NCBI GenBank assembly: GCA_964623735.1
Contig: CAZUVE010000001.1
Span: 1-54,274, forward strand
Source: an uncultured Halobacteriales archaeon
GTDB lineage: Archaea > Halobacteriota > Halobacteria > Halobacteriales > Haloarculaceae
Length of the DNA stretch: 54,274 bases
Reading direction: 5' to 3'
The stretch's first letter is position 1; each line of letters starts with the position of its first letter. The notes beneath the pieces are model-generated. The model was not told the DNA's origin, searched no databases, and saw only the letters and a list, made by a program, of their open reading frames with translations. Positions 9,759 through 18,909 of the stretch are shown here, piece by piece. Made by a program: the position numbers and the translations under genes.

Positions 9759-10796
9759 ATGGAAGGCCGACCCGAACCGCCCGCATGGCTCGTCAGACAA
9801 CCCGGACTGACCGCACTCGCGTTGCTGGGCAGTCTCCTCGCGCTACTCGTCCTTCTGCCGTATCTCCAGTTCGTCCTGTTCGGCGTGGTTCTCGCGTACA
9901 TCCTGTTTCCCATCCAGCAACGGGCTGAACGGTACGTCAGGCCCACGGTCGCGGCGCTCGCCCTCGTCGTGGCTTCGTTACTCGTCGTACTGCTCCCACT
10001 CATCTACCTCCTCGCGATCGCCGTCCAACAGTCACTCAGGGTGGTGAGCGCCATCAGGAGCGGACAACTCGATGTCGCCTCGGTCGAGGAATTACTCGGA
10101 GCTGCCGGGTACTCTGTCGATCTTGCCGCTCTCTACCGTTCGAACCAGGAGCGGATCGCGTCGGCACTTCAGGAGATCACGTCAGCGGCGGTCGATCTCG
10201 CCGGCAGTTTGCCGGGGCTGTTCATCGGACTGAGCGTCACGCTGTTCGTGCTCTTCGCCCTGCTGCGCGACGGGGAACGGCTCGTGGGGTGGATCCAGTG
10301 GGTGGTGCCGGTCGAGGAGACGGTTCTGGAGGAACTCCGCGAGGGCCTTGACCAACTCATGTGGGCGTCGGTCGTCGGGAACGTCGCTGTCGCGGCCATC
10401 CAGGCGGTGTTGATCGGCGTCGGGCTAGCGATTGTCGGTCTTCCCTCGGTGATCTTTCTCACCGTCGCCACCTTCGTCCTGACACTGCTCCCGCTCGTCG
10501 GCGCGTTCGGAGTCTGGCTTCCGGCCGCAGTCTATCTCCTCGCAGTCGGGCGGCCGGCCGCCGGCGCGGCGATAGCCGTGTACGGCCTGCTCGTCACCTT
10601 CTCGGACGCGTACTTCCGGCCGGCACTGATCGGTCGGACCGGCACACTCAACTCCGCTATCATCGTCATCGGCATCTTCGGCGGGATCGTCGTGTTCGGT
10701 GCCGTCGGTCTGTTCATCGGCCCTGTCGTTCTCGGCGGTACGAAACTCGTGTTCGATTGCTTCGCGCGGGCACACACCGGGGAGTCGACTACCTGA
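9759..10796 (+). CDS. AI-2E family transporter (PerM-like permease)
   Basis: 345 aa with about 8 helices. The layout and the FGxVGLFIGPV C-terminal motif are typical of AI-2E/UPF0118. Confidence 0.85.
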   Translation: MEGRPEPPAWLVRQPGLTALALLGSLLALLVLLPYLQFVLFGVVLAYILFPIQQRAERYVRPTVAALALVVASLLVVLLPLIYLLAIAVQQSLRVVSAIRSGQLDVASVEELLGAAGYSVDLAALYRSNQERIASALQEITSAAVDLAGSLPGLFIGLSVTLFVLFALLRDGERLVGWIQWVVPVEETVLEELREGLDQLMWASVVGNVAVAAIQAVLIGVGLAIVGLPSVIFLTVATFVLTLLPLVGAFGVWLPAAVYLLAVGRPAAGAAIAVYGLLVTFSDAYFRPALIGRTGTLNSAIIVIGIFGGIVVFGAVGLFIGPVVLGGTKLVFDCFARAHTGESTT

Positions 10797-10868
10797 CACT
10801 GTCGGCTCTCCGCGCGTACGCACTGTCGTACCCCGGGGTGGCGAATACCACTACGAAGCCGTAAGTAA
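10797..10868 (-). repeat. family-A repeat, partial, reverse orientation
   Basis: ACACTGTCGGCTCTCCGCGCGTACGCACTGTCGTACCCCGGGGTGGCGAATACC.... The distal arm is degenerate. Confidence 0.6.
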
Positions 10869-10876
10869 TAGAATCA

Positions 10877-10895
10877 TAACACGAAACCCGTGTTA
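10877..10895. terminator. 7-bp stem hairpin between convergent genes
   Basis: TAACACG-aaacc-CGTGTTA. Confidence 0.25.
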
Positions 10896-10915
10896 CAACT
10901 GAGCGATCGTGGGGG

Positions 10916-11370
10916 CTACAGTACGAACAGCGCCCCGAGTCCGGTTGCGGCGAGCAGCGCCAGCACGTACTTCAGGGCCCGCCACCACAGTTGTCGGGTG
11001 AACCCCTCGCGTCCTGTCTCGGAGACGAGAAGCGGTGTCTCGTCAGTGCCAACGATGGTGTACTCACCGTTCTTCACGCGCACTTCGCCGTGGACGAAGA
11101 GTCGTTGTCCGGGAACCACGCGCGCCAGAGATACGCACCGACCGTCCCGACCCCGGAGTCGAACAGTCTGTCGGCTACAACAGCAGGTTCGTCGACGAAC
11201 ACGGGCCCTTCGACGGCTACTGTTTGTCCGTCTGTGAAGCGTGTCGTTCCGTTTGTCGGTACTCCTCGAAGTGCGAGAACTGCGTTCGCAACCACCGACA
11301 GTCGGTGGGCAGCCCAGACCACGACCACGGCGAACACTCCGCCCAGAAGTGCTTCGCCAATCCCAACCAT
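10916..11370 (-). pseudogene. membrane protein gene with an apparent -1/+1 frameshift near 11110-11130
   Basis: The N-terminal half lies in frame 11074..11370 (MVGIGEALLGGVFAVVVVWAAH...AYLWRAWFPDND). The C-terminal half lies in frame 10916.. (VVPGQRLFVHGEVRVKNGEYTIVGTDETPLLVSETGREGFTRQLWWRALKYVLALLAATGLGALFVL). Both halves look protein-like. Confidence 0.5.
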
Positions 11371-11379
11371 CGTGGTTGC

Positions 11380-11586
11380 CTACTGTGAGAAATCGGCGTA
11401 CAGTCGAGTCTGGCCACAATCTGGACACAGAAACGCGTGAAGCGGGGCGTGAGCCCCGACCCCGAGACGGTCGAGTACACCGCCGTCTCTCTCCGTTTCG
11501 ACGTACAGGTCTCCGATCCCCTCTGCGGTCACATCTGTCCGCTCCATTGCAACATCGCAGTCCGAACAGTGACGTTGGTCGGTCAT
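11380..11586 (-). CDS. small zinc-ribbon protein
   Basis: 68 aa with CSDC ... CPDC pairs. Lies immediately upstream of the frameshifted membrane gene. Confidence 0.6.
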   Translation of the reverse strand: MTDQRHCSDCDVAMERTDVTAEGIGDLYVETERDGGVLDRLGVGAHAPLHAFLCPDCGQTRLYADFSQ

Positions 11587-11654
11587 TTCTCAGTGCTACG
11601 TTTGCTGGCGCTGTAAAAAAATCACCGTCGCAGTGTCAAGAGTAGAGACGCCTC

Positions 11655-11734
11655 ATACTCCCGGCTGTAAGTCTTTGAAGAATTTCGCCACCCCGGGGTG
11701 GCGAATCTCTTTTCTCAGTTACAGCCGACAGTAT
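11655..11734 (+). repeat. family-A variant (A') repeat
   Basis: ATACTCCCGGCTGTAAGTCTTTGAAGAATTTCGCCACCCCGGGGTGGCGAATCTCTTTTCTCAGTTACAGCCGACAGTAT. A solitary arm CTACAGCCGACAGTGT follows at 11791..11806. Confidence 0.75.
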
Positions 11735-11911
11735 CACTTCCGGATCCCGCACTTTGCCACGAGCCAGATGGGTCGAATCGCTCGTCCCAGCTACAGCCGA
11801 CAGTGTCAGCGCCAGACCCGGGCCGGACCGCCAACCGAACCGGTCCGACAACAGCGGTGGCCCGCCGACCCTCGGTCACGGTACGACGCTGTCCGGATCT
11901 CTCGCTGGCGC

Positions 11912-12026
11912 TATACACCCGGAGGTGACGCTGTCAGGTGCCACGACACCTGATCAGTGAGTTCAGCCCGCGATACTCCGAGTTTGTGACCGGCGGAGTT
12001 GAGCGAATCACCTCCGGGTGGACATC
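11912..12026 (+). repeat. family-D repeat (~115 bp)
   Basis: TATACACCCGGAGGTGA...TCACCTCCGGGTGGACATC with 13-bp inverted termini. There are four near-identical copies in the window. Confidence 0.8.
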
Positions 12027-12093
12027 CTGTGGCAGAGGGCACCGACGACAGCGGCATCGAGAGGCTGATGTGGCTGTCGCCGAATACATCGCT

Positions 12094-12786
12094 ATGACAG
12101 TCGAAGAGTGGACGCCGGCGAGAATCCGCGAACTCCACGAGGCACTGGCTTCGCTGCACGGTCCGGTTGAGCGCGACGGCGGACACGGCACTGACGCTGC
12201 GCCCGGCGACGGGGTTAGACAGCTCCTGACGACCATCCTCTCGCAGAACGTCGCCGACGAGAACACACGTCGCGCGGCTGCAAGCCTCTTCGAGACCTAC
12301 CCCGACTTCGCCGCAATCGAGGAGACGACAGTCGAGGAACTTGCCGATGTGATCCGCGTCGCCGGCCTCCCGGAGACGAAGGCAGAACGGATCCAGCGCG
12401 CCCTCGATGCGGTCCGCGAGGAGACGGACGGCGCCTACTCGCTGGCCTTCCTCGACGCGATGGACACCGACGACGCCAAGACCTGGCTCACCGACATCAA
12501 GGGAATCGGCCCGAAAACCGCGAGCGTCGTCCTGAACTTCCACTTCGGGAAGCCGACGATGGCTGTCGATACGCACGTCGAACGGGTTTCGAAACGGTTC
12601 GGTCTCGTCTCCGAGTCAGCGTCGAACGCTCGTACACACGACGAACTCGGCGTACTCGTGCCCGACGAACTGACCTACCCGCTGCACGTTCTGCTCATTC
12701 GCCACGGCCGGGCCTACTGTAGCGCCCGTGATCCCGACTGTGGCAACCCTGTCTGCGATGTGTACTGCGACTGCGAGGGCTGCTGA
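12094..12786 (+). CDS. nth: endonuclease III (HhH-GPD DNA glycosylase with 4Fe-4S cluster)
   Basis: HhH motif LTDIKGIGPKTASVVL, catalytic-region VDTHVERV, and a C-terminal CxxxxxxCxxCxxxxxC-type Cys cluster. ATG at 12094 lies just outside the D repeat. Confidence 0.9.
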   Translation: MTVEEWTPARIRELHEALASLHGPVERDGGHGTDAAPGDGVRQLLTTILSQNVADENTRRAAASLFETYPDFAAIEETTVEELADVIRVAGLPETKAERIQRALDAVREETDGAYSLAFLDAMDTDDAKTWLTDIKGIGPKTASVVLNFHFGKPTMAVDTHVERVSKRFGLVSESASNARTHDELGVLVPDELTYPLHVLLIRHGRAYCSARDPDCGNPVCDVYCDCEGC

Positions 12787-12916
12787 TACTGCCGGCTCTC
12801 CGCGCGTGAGCACTGTCGGCACCCCGGGGTACCGGATGTACTGATTGCTGTAAGTCACTGCCGGATCGACCGCACGACAGCGTACGGTCGTACCGGTACA
12901 CAGGTACAGCAATCAG
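12786..12916. repeat. partial family-A repeat (12786..12838) joined to a family-B repeat (12841..12916)
   Basis: (TG)ATACTGCCGGCTCTCCGCGCGTGAGCACTGTCGGCACCCCGGGGTACC..., then CTGATTGCTGTAAGTCACTGCCGGATCGACCGCACGACAGCGTACGGTCGTACCGGTACACAGGTACAGCAATCAG. The A arm overlaps the nth stop codon by 1 nt. Confidence 0.7.
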
Positions 12917-13039
12917 TATGACAGGGTCGGTTGTAGCTGTTTGCTGTCGGATCCAGCACAGAACGACAGCAGTCCGTACCGGGGCGTTCCTCCCTCGGTA
13001 CACGCAAACTGTTTCACGTCTACGGCATAATGTATCGGC

Positions 13040-13162
13040 ATGGACGACATCGACCCCGATACAGTGATGATCGCCGCCGGCGTCGTACTCAGTCTGATCG
13101 CCGTCCTGGAGTTCTACCCGGCCTGGAAGAACGCGCGAAAGCCGTCAGCTACCGACGACTAA
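13040..13162 (+). CDS. possible 40-aa single-helix membrane peptide
   Basis: Hand translation gives MDDIDPDTVMIAAGVVLSLIAVLEFYPAWKNARKPSATDD*. The codon bias is good, but it is very short. Confidence 0.3.
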   Translation: MDDIDPDTVMIAAGVVLSLIAVLEFYPAWKNARKPSATDD

Positions 13163-13435
13163 TACTGTCGGCTGTAACTGAAAAAAGAGATTCGCCACCC
13201 CGGGGTGGGGGCATATACACCCGGAGGTGACGCTGTCAGGTGCCACGACACCAGATCAGTGAGTTCAGCCCGCGATACTCCGAGTTTGTGACCGGCGGAG
13301 TCGAGCGACTCACCTCCGGGTGGACATCTTCACGTCGGGATATAGGGATGTTCGAAAGTCATTACAGGATCGACCGCAAGAAGGCGTGCGGTCGACCTGG
13401 TAAACGCTTTCGAACATCCCTATAGCCGGCAGTAT
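13162..13435 (+). repeat. composite: family-A' repeat carrying nested family-D (13214..13328) and family-C (13341..13424) copies
   Basis: AATACTGTCGGCTGTAACTG...CCACCCCGGGGTGG | D unit | CTTCACGTCGGGA | C unit | GCCGGCAGTAT. The right end overlaps the stop codon of the oxygenase gene by 1 nt. Confidence 0.8.
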
Positions 13436-14922
13436 CACTCCGCCGGTTTCGCCCGGAGTTCGGGGAAATACCGGCCGTGGAAATCGAACGGGGCCGCGTG
13501 CGGGAGCGTGACGCGCGCCCGCTCCTCGAAGCGCTCGCCGTCGAGGACGAGCAGTCGAGAGCGGTCGGCCTCGGCGTCCAGGGCAACCGTCAGTACGACA
13601 CCGGCGTCCTCGGCGTCGTCCGGTCCCGGCACGAAAATCGGCTCGCCGAAGTAATCACCACCCCGGTCGACCTCGGCCACGCCGCCGGTCTCCGTGTCGT
13701 ACTTCAGTACGCCGGTTGCCCACTCGGTCGCTGGCTGCTCCATGCTCATCGCGTAGACGTACCGGTGTGGCCGGCACCACCGCGCCGGCGAGACGGTCGG
13801 CAGTGCGGTGCCGTCGTCGTACAGCATCTCCCGGCTCACAGTCGCGTCGTCGGTGTCGTATCGGGCTTTCCGCGTCGCCCCACCGAGGTCGATTGTGAAC
13901 CGTTCGAGGCGCCCGGCGATGGCGTCCAGGTTCCCGTTCCGGAGGCTGTCGAGAGAGAGCTCGGTGATGGCCGTCGCGTCCGGGATGGTCTCGATATCGA
14001 GGACCACCTCCGTGCCGCCGTCGCGCTCGAAGGCGTTGACGTGGTGAAATCCGAACACCGCGTCCGTGACCGCGTCGGCTCTCACCTCACCGCTCGTCCG
14101 GTCGACGACGATCATCCGCGTCCCGCGGTCGGGCTGCCACTCGAACTGCTCGATGAACGGGCCCTGTCGCCCCGGTTTGAGGAAGTTCAGTGGGTCGACC
14201 CGGAGCGGGAACTCCGTGAGGCCGACGTACCGCGGTGTCAGTGCGAAACTGTGCATGTACGCCGGCCTGTCCGTCTCGACGCTGCCGATGTGTCGTCGCT
14301 CGCCGTCGTCTTTCAGCGCGTGGACGTGGTACCTGCTGGTTCGACCGAAAGACGTCTCGACGTTGAACAGCGTTCCGGTCGCGGGGTCGCGTTTCAGGTG
14401 TGCACAGGCCAGCTGGCCGGCAGGCTCCGACCCGTCGTACTGGAAATGTCCCTCGACTGCGAAACTGTTCGGGTCCACCACGACCGCTCGCGGCGACTCG
14501 GTCAGCGCGAGATAGCGCTCTCCCACCCGTTCGACGATGATGTTGGTATTGTCGTACGGTGCGGTCAACAACCCTGCGAGTCGCTCCCGGAGTGTCGTCT
14601 CGCCGGTCGCGAACCCGCCGTCGAACTTCCCTCTCTGTGCCTCCTCGTAGGCGTCGGTCCTGAGGAACGCGTTCCGGTAGTGGACGGCGTCGTCGGCCCC
14701 GCTGACGTCGCCACCTGCCCGATTTCCGGGATCGAACGTCGACCGGTAACACATTGCCAGCCCGTCGAACCAGTGGTCGACACTGTCTCCGTCGGAAAGC
14801 GAGAAACTTCCGGGGCCGTTGCGTATGAGACTGCCAGTCAGCCACTCGGGCAACGATCCCTCGACCGCGAGTGACGCCGTTCGCTCCTCGTCCAGCGAGT
14901 GAAACCCGTGGGCAGATGCCAT
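13435..14922 (-). CDS. carotenoid cleavage oxygenase (RPE65/CCD family)
   Basis: 495 aa from MASAHGFHSL. Contains GSLPEWLTGSLIRNGPG, DHWFDG, FGFHHVNAFE and FHGRYF motifs of the family. The ORF-track start 15225 runs into a repeat, so it was trimmed to ATG 14922. Confidence 0.85.
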   Translation of the reverse strand: MASAHGFHSLDEERTASLAVEGSLPEWLTGSLIRNGPGSFSLSDGDSVDHWFDGLAMCYRSTFDPGNRAGGDVSGADDAVHYRNAFLRTDAYEEAQRGKFDGGFATGETTLRERLAGLLTAPYDNTNIIVERVGERYLALTESPRAVVVDPNSFAVEGHFQYDGSEPAGQLACAHLKRDPATGTLFNVETSFGRTSRYHVHALKDDGERRHIGSVETDRPAYMHSFALTPRYVGLTEFPLRVDPLNFLKPGRQGPFIEQFEWQPDRGTRMIVVDRTSGEVRADAVTDAVFGFHHVNAFERDGGTEVVLDIETIPDATAITELSLDSLRNGNLDAIAGRLERFTIDLGGATRKARYDTDDATVSREMLYDDGTALPTVSPARWCRPHRYVYAMSMEQPATEWATGVLKYDTETGGVAEVDRGGDYFGEPIFVPGPDDAEDAGVVLTVALDAEADRSRLLVLDGERFEERARVTLPHAAPFDFHGRYFPELRAKPAE

Positions 14923-14997
14923 ACCCGTACCGAAGGGAGCGAGGAATAAATCATACTGGCTCGAGACATCGCACACCCACGGACGGACGCCCCGATA

Positions 14998-15067
14998 CAG
15001 AGTGCCGTACGTCAGTTCCGGATCGACCACACGCAGTCGTTCGTACCGGGACACAGTTACAGCAATC
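14998..15067 (+). repeat. family-B repeat (diverged)
   Basis: CAGAGTGCCGTACGTCAGTTCCGGATCGACCACACGCAGTCGTTCGTACCGGGACACAGTTACAGCAATC. Confidence 0.65.
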
Positions 15068-15264
15068 CGTCTTCGCACGGCTGGTCTACCGGGCCCGACT
15101 CCGGAGAGTGGCCCTGCGGCACGCTCTATACCTGTCGTATCGTTTTTCGGGCCGGTCACCCGTGTCTGGTGATCGGTCCCGTAGAGAACGACAACGGTCC
15201 GCACATTCCGGGAGGACAGTCGCATTTCGAACCTATTTTACTCGACAGCGCTGTACCCTCACAC

Positions 15265-15531
15265 GTGGCAGAGACAACCGAACTCGAAACCGAGACCAGA
15301 CAGTCCCCCGAACAGGCCGCACAGATGCTCCGCGACGTCGCCGACGAGATCAGTTCCGGCGAGGACATCACTGTCGAGGGGAACAACGCCTCGATCACCG
15401 TTCCCGGGACGATCGACGAGATCAAGACAGAACTCGAAGCCGAACACGAGATCAAAGGAGAGTACGACCAGGTCGAAATCGAGGTCGAACTCGAGTGGAC
15501 AATCGTCCCTGATGAGAGTGCCCAGGGGTAG
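15265..15531 (+). CDS. amphi-Trp domain protein
   Basis: (V)AETTELETETRQSPEQAAQMLRDVADEISSGEDITVEG...EIEVELEW, an acidic beta-rich pattern typical of amphi-Trp proteins. GTG start at 15265. Confidence 0.65.
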   Translation: MAETTELETETRQSPEQAAQMLRDVADEISSGEDITVEGNNASITVPGTIDEIKTELEAEHEIKGEYDQVEIEVELEWTIVPDESAQG

Positions 15532-15608
15532 CCAGGTCCCTCCCATCGGGCTGTAGTCGGGGGCCGACACGACACACCTCGAGTGTCGGTGCGGTCACCG
15601 TTCTACAC

Positions 15609-15692
15609 TATAGGGATGTTCGAAAGCGTTCACCAGGTCGACCGTACGCCTTCTTGCGGTCGATCCTGTAATGACTTTCGAACATCCCTATA
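15609..15692 (-). repeat. family-C repeat (84 bp, 18-bp perfect inverted termini)
   Basis: TATAGGGATGTTCGAAAG...CTTTCGAACATCCCTATA, flanked by TA on both sides. Confidence 0.85.
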
Positions 15693-15852
15693 GTCTCCGG
15701 AGAACGAACGACCGCGTCCCGGCACACACGCGGCGCAACGTCCCCGGTCACAGAATCAGCCGGGTTCCGGTTCTGTTGAGTCACGTGAAACGCCGCCACG
15801 CCGGACCCGACCAGCACGAACGTCTCGGCCAGCCCACCGCCAGAGAACACGA

Positions 15853-16004
15853 CACTGGTCGTCAGTTCCGGATTGCCGACGACAGTGTGCGGTCGTACCG
15901 GGGGACAGTCACAGCACTCCGTATCATACTGTCGGCTATAAGCGCGTGAGCACTGTCGGCACCCCGGGTGGGGAATATCTTCACGTCGGTATAGCCGACA
16001 GTAT
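15853..16004. repeat. family-B (15853..15923) followed by family-A (15926..16004)
   Basis: The A copy is ATACTGTCGGCTATAAGCGCGTGAGCACTGTCGGCACCCCGGGTGGGGAATATCTTCACGTCGGTATAGCCGACAGTAT. Its end touches the stop codon of gene 16004..16879. Confidence 0.8.
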
Positions 16005-16879
16005 CAGTAGCGACTCGCGGCCAGGAGCGCGCCGATCAGCGTCCCGAGCACGACAACTCCCACGAGGACGACGACGCTCTCGAGGGCGGTGAACTGCGTC
16101 CAGAAGCCAGTCGCCGTCCCGCCGACCCCGGGCGCCACGCCGGGTCCCGAGCCGACAACCGAGGAGAGCACCGTGTCGCGACTCTGGAGGGCGAGCCAGC
16201 CCTGGTGGGCGACGACCACTGCCGCGGAGAACCCGCCGGCAAACCGCACGTACCGGCGGAGTGGGAACGACTCACGCCGGGACTCGCGACCGACTCCGCG
16301 GCCGGCACCCGCCGCTCCGCCCGTCTGTGTGCTGCCCCCAAGCGGGCCGGTGACGAGGTACCGCCAGGCGGCCCGTGCGGCCGGATATCTCCCGTAGTGC
16401 GTTCCGCCGACCGCGAGAAGCACAATCCCGAGCAGTGCGAGCGCTCCCCGTTTGTCCGCGACGTCGCGCGGCCGGCGGAGTCCACGCAGGAGGAGCGAAA
16501 CCGCCCCGACGGTCACGGCGACGACGCCGCTGACGGCGAGCCAGATGGAGGCGACTGTCGCGGTGAGTCCGGTCGACGACCCGAACAGGACTCCAGAGAG
16601 AACGAACACCCCGAGCGCGACGGCGGTCACGGTCCGGGTCCGGGACCGGATCTGCTCCAGATTACCCGCACTCTCCCACTCCTCGAGGAGTTCCACCGCC
16701 CGCTGGCGAACGGCCTGCGTGTCGAGTTGTACGTCGGGTTCGTCGCCGGACGTATCGACCGAAACGAGATCGGGGCGCGTGTCGTCTCCGTCCCCGTGTT
16801 CTCTCTCCCGGCGCGCTGTGTGTTCGCCGGTACCTCGCCTCCCTCTGCCGGTCACTGTCCCGTCGTCTCGGGTGTCCAT
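16004..16879 (-). CDS. membrane protein, unknown function
   Basis: 291 aa from MDTRDDG. It has a charged N-terminus followed by several helices. The longer ORF-track form overlaps uvdE and was rejected. Confidence 0.55.
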   Translation of the reverse strand: MDTRDDGTVTGRGRRGTGEHTARREREHGDGDDTRPDLVSVDTSGDEPDVQLDTQAVRQRAVELLEEWESAGNLEQIRSRTRTVTAVALGVFVLSGVLFGSSTGLTATVASIWLAVSGVVAVTVGAVSLLLRGLRRPRDVADKRGALALLGIVLLAVGGTHYGRYPAARAAWRYLVTGPLGGSTQTGGAAGAGRGVGRESRRESFPLRRYVRFAGGFSAAVVVAHQGWLALQSRDTVLSSVVGSGPGVAPGVGGTATGFWTQFTALESVVVLVGVVVLGTLIGALLAASRY

Positions 16880-16977
16880 GTAAGTAACTGTTGGGGCCCA
16901 GCGGCGATTAAACCCGTCGCCGCTCCCACCAGGCGAGTCCCGACGCAGTGGTTGCAACGTCGGCGGCGGGCCCCGGA

Positions 16978-17877
16978 TCACTGAGCCTCGCGGACGCGCA
17001 GAAGCGACTGCTCTTTGCCGTGGGACTCGATCATCACGTCCGATTCGCGGCACAGCCACTCCGGGACGTTCGCGACGTACTCCGCGTGATCCTGTGGACG
17101 AGCGTCCATCTCGCCGTGCAGGCGCGCTGGCTCCGAGTAGTGTGTGATCGGCCGGATGTCCCCCCACGTGTCGCGGGCCAACTCGAATCCCTCGCGGTAC
17201 GTGAGCCCGCGGTCGGTGAAACTGTGATGGTGGTAGTCGAAGGTCACCGGGATGTCCGCCCGAGTCGCCACGCTGTCGACGAGTTCCTGCACACTCCACA
17301 GCGAGTCGGTATCGTCGTTCTCGACTGTCAGCCGGTCCCGTGCGCGCGGCGGCAGGTCCCCGACAACGTCACAGAACCGGTCGGCCGTGGCCGCTTTGTC
17401 GCCGTAGTGGGCACCGATGTGGACGTTGATGGCGCATCGTGGTGAGCGCGGCAACTCCATCAGGTCCAGCCACCGGCCGTGGTGTGTGACCGATTCGACG
17501 GAACGGGCGACGGTGTCCCCGGATTCACTGGCGAGTTTACACCAGTGGCTCGGGTGGAAGGTGAGACGCATACCGTTGGCTGTGACGAGCGTCCCACACT
17601 CGCGGGCCAGCGAGCGGATCCGCTCGAAGTTCGGGAGGTCAGTGATGTCGAACTGCGAGTTCCACGGCACGAGCGCGGAGCTACAACGGTAGAACCGGAT
17701 ACCGTGATCGAGATTCCACTGGAGTATCGCCCGGAGATCCGCAAAGTTCTGCGCTGCCAGTTCGCCAGCGTACGGGAGGCCGTTAGACTCCCACGTCTGC
17801 TTGCGCATGTCGCGGTTACACCGCCGGACAGGGTCGTGCGCACGGAGCGTGTGGTTCATCGCCGGGTACCCGAGCAT
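16978..17877 (-). CDS. uvdE: UV damage endonuclease
   Basis: MLGYPAMN..., IRFYRCSS, TFHP, NVHIG, LTVENDD, FDYHHH and IESHGKE blocks match the UvdE TIM-barrel family. Confidence 0.9.
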   Translation of the reverse strand: MLGYPAMNHTLRAHDPVRRCNRDMRKQTWESNGLPYAGELAAQNFADLRAILQWNLDHGIRFYRCSSALVPWNSQFDITDLPNFERIRSLARECGTLVTANGMRLTFHPSHWCKLASESGDTVARSVESVTHHGRWLDLMELPRSPRCAINVHIGAHYGDKAATADRFCDVVGDLPPRARDRLTVENDDTDSLWSVQELVDSVATRADIPVTFDYHHHSFTDRGLTYREGFELARDTWGDIRPITHYSEPARLHGEMDARPQDHAEYVANVPEWLCRESDVMIESHGKEQSLLRVREAQ

Positions 17878-17987
17878 GGTCGTCGTTCGTATCTGGACAC
17901 GTAGATGGTCACCGATACCGCGCACAGCGACACCCGAACACGAACTGTGCCTGGTGCTGCCGGGTCTCGCCGACTGACGTGCCCTCT

Positions 17988-18186
17988 GATATCCACCCGG
18001 ACGTAATTCGCTCGACTCCGCCGGTCACAAACTCGGAGTATCGCGGGCTGAACTCACTGATCTGGTGTTGTGGCACCTGGCAGCGTCACCTCCGGGTGTA
18101 TAGGGTCGGTTGCAAGCCATTTTCCGATCAACCGCACGACAGTGTGCGGCCTACGGGGACACAGGCACCGGCAAACAGTCACACTA
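17988..18186 (-). repeat. family-D repeat (17988..18102) plus adjoining B-like unit (18103..18186)
   Basis: Near-identical to 18676..18876. Together the two form a ~200-bp direct repeat. Confidence 0.8.
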
Positions 18187-18193
18187 AACACTG

Positions 18194-18367
18194 TCAGTCT
18201 CTGGCGAAGTAACTGGTAAAGAAGCCCGACAGGAACGCCGAGACGGCAACCGCCAGTACCATGTCGGTCGTATCGTACGGTTCGTCGTCGTCTGCCATGG
18301 CAATCGTCGCGGCGACACTGATGACGAGTGAGACACTCCCGTTGAGGAGATCCGTGCCGAATCCCAT
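18194..18367 (-). CDS. possible 57-aa two-helix membrane protein
   Basis: Hand translation gives MGFGTDLLNGSVSLVISVAATIAMADDDEPYDTTDMVLAVAVSAFLSGFFTSYFARD*. Confidence 0.4.
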   Translation of the reverse strand: MGFGTDLLNGSVSLVISVAATIAMADDDEPYDTTDMVLAVAVSAFLSGFFTSYFARD

Positions 18368-18675
18368 GCCGGATGTTTCTCGCGGCTCGGATATAGGGGT
18401 TTGCCTCCTGTTCCGATCACAGTGCGGTGAACCGGAGTGACGGCGACCGAGGCTCCGGCCGGCCCTGACTTACAGCACTCAGTATCAGGCTGTCGTGCGA
18501 AGTGGTATGTACACGTCCCCCCAAAGTGTTGGCAAGCCATGACAGTTACACGAGAAGAAGGCGACAGCGAGGCGACGTTCGCCGTTCTCATGATCGTTCT
18601 GTCGTTGCTCGTCTTCCTCGCAGTTCGCAAAAGCGAGCGACGGGGGTCGGAGTAGCCAGGTCCCGCTGGGGGCTC

Positions 18676-18876
18676 ATATCCACCCGGACGTGATTCGCTC
18701 AACTCCGCCGGTCACAAACTCGGAGTATCGCGGCTGAACTCACTGATCTGGTGTCGTGGCACCTGGCAGCGTCACCTCCGGGTGTATAGGGTCGGTTGTA
18801 AGCCATTTCCGGTACGACCGCACCGCAGTTGTGCAGTTGTATCGGTACACAGGGACAGCAACCCGTACAGTATAGG
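18676..18876 (-). repeat. family-D repeat (18676..18788) plus adjoining B-like unit (18789..18876)
   Basis: Second copy of the D + B-like composite. Confidence 0.8.
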
Positions 18877-18909
18877 AAGTGCTTTGTGTGTACGGACTGA
18901 ATATTAACT

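Noticed and set aside
16004-17299. 431-aa form of the membrane protein overlapping uvdE
   Set aside because: The N-terminal 140 codons overlap the 3' end of uvdE on the same strand in another frame and are Arg/Gly/Pro-rich. The ATG at 16879 (MDTRDDG) gives a sensible protein.
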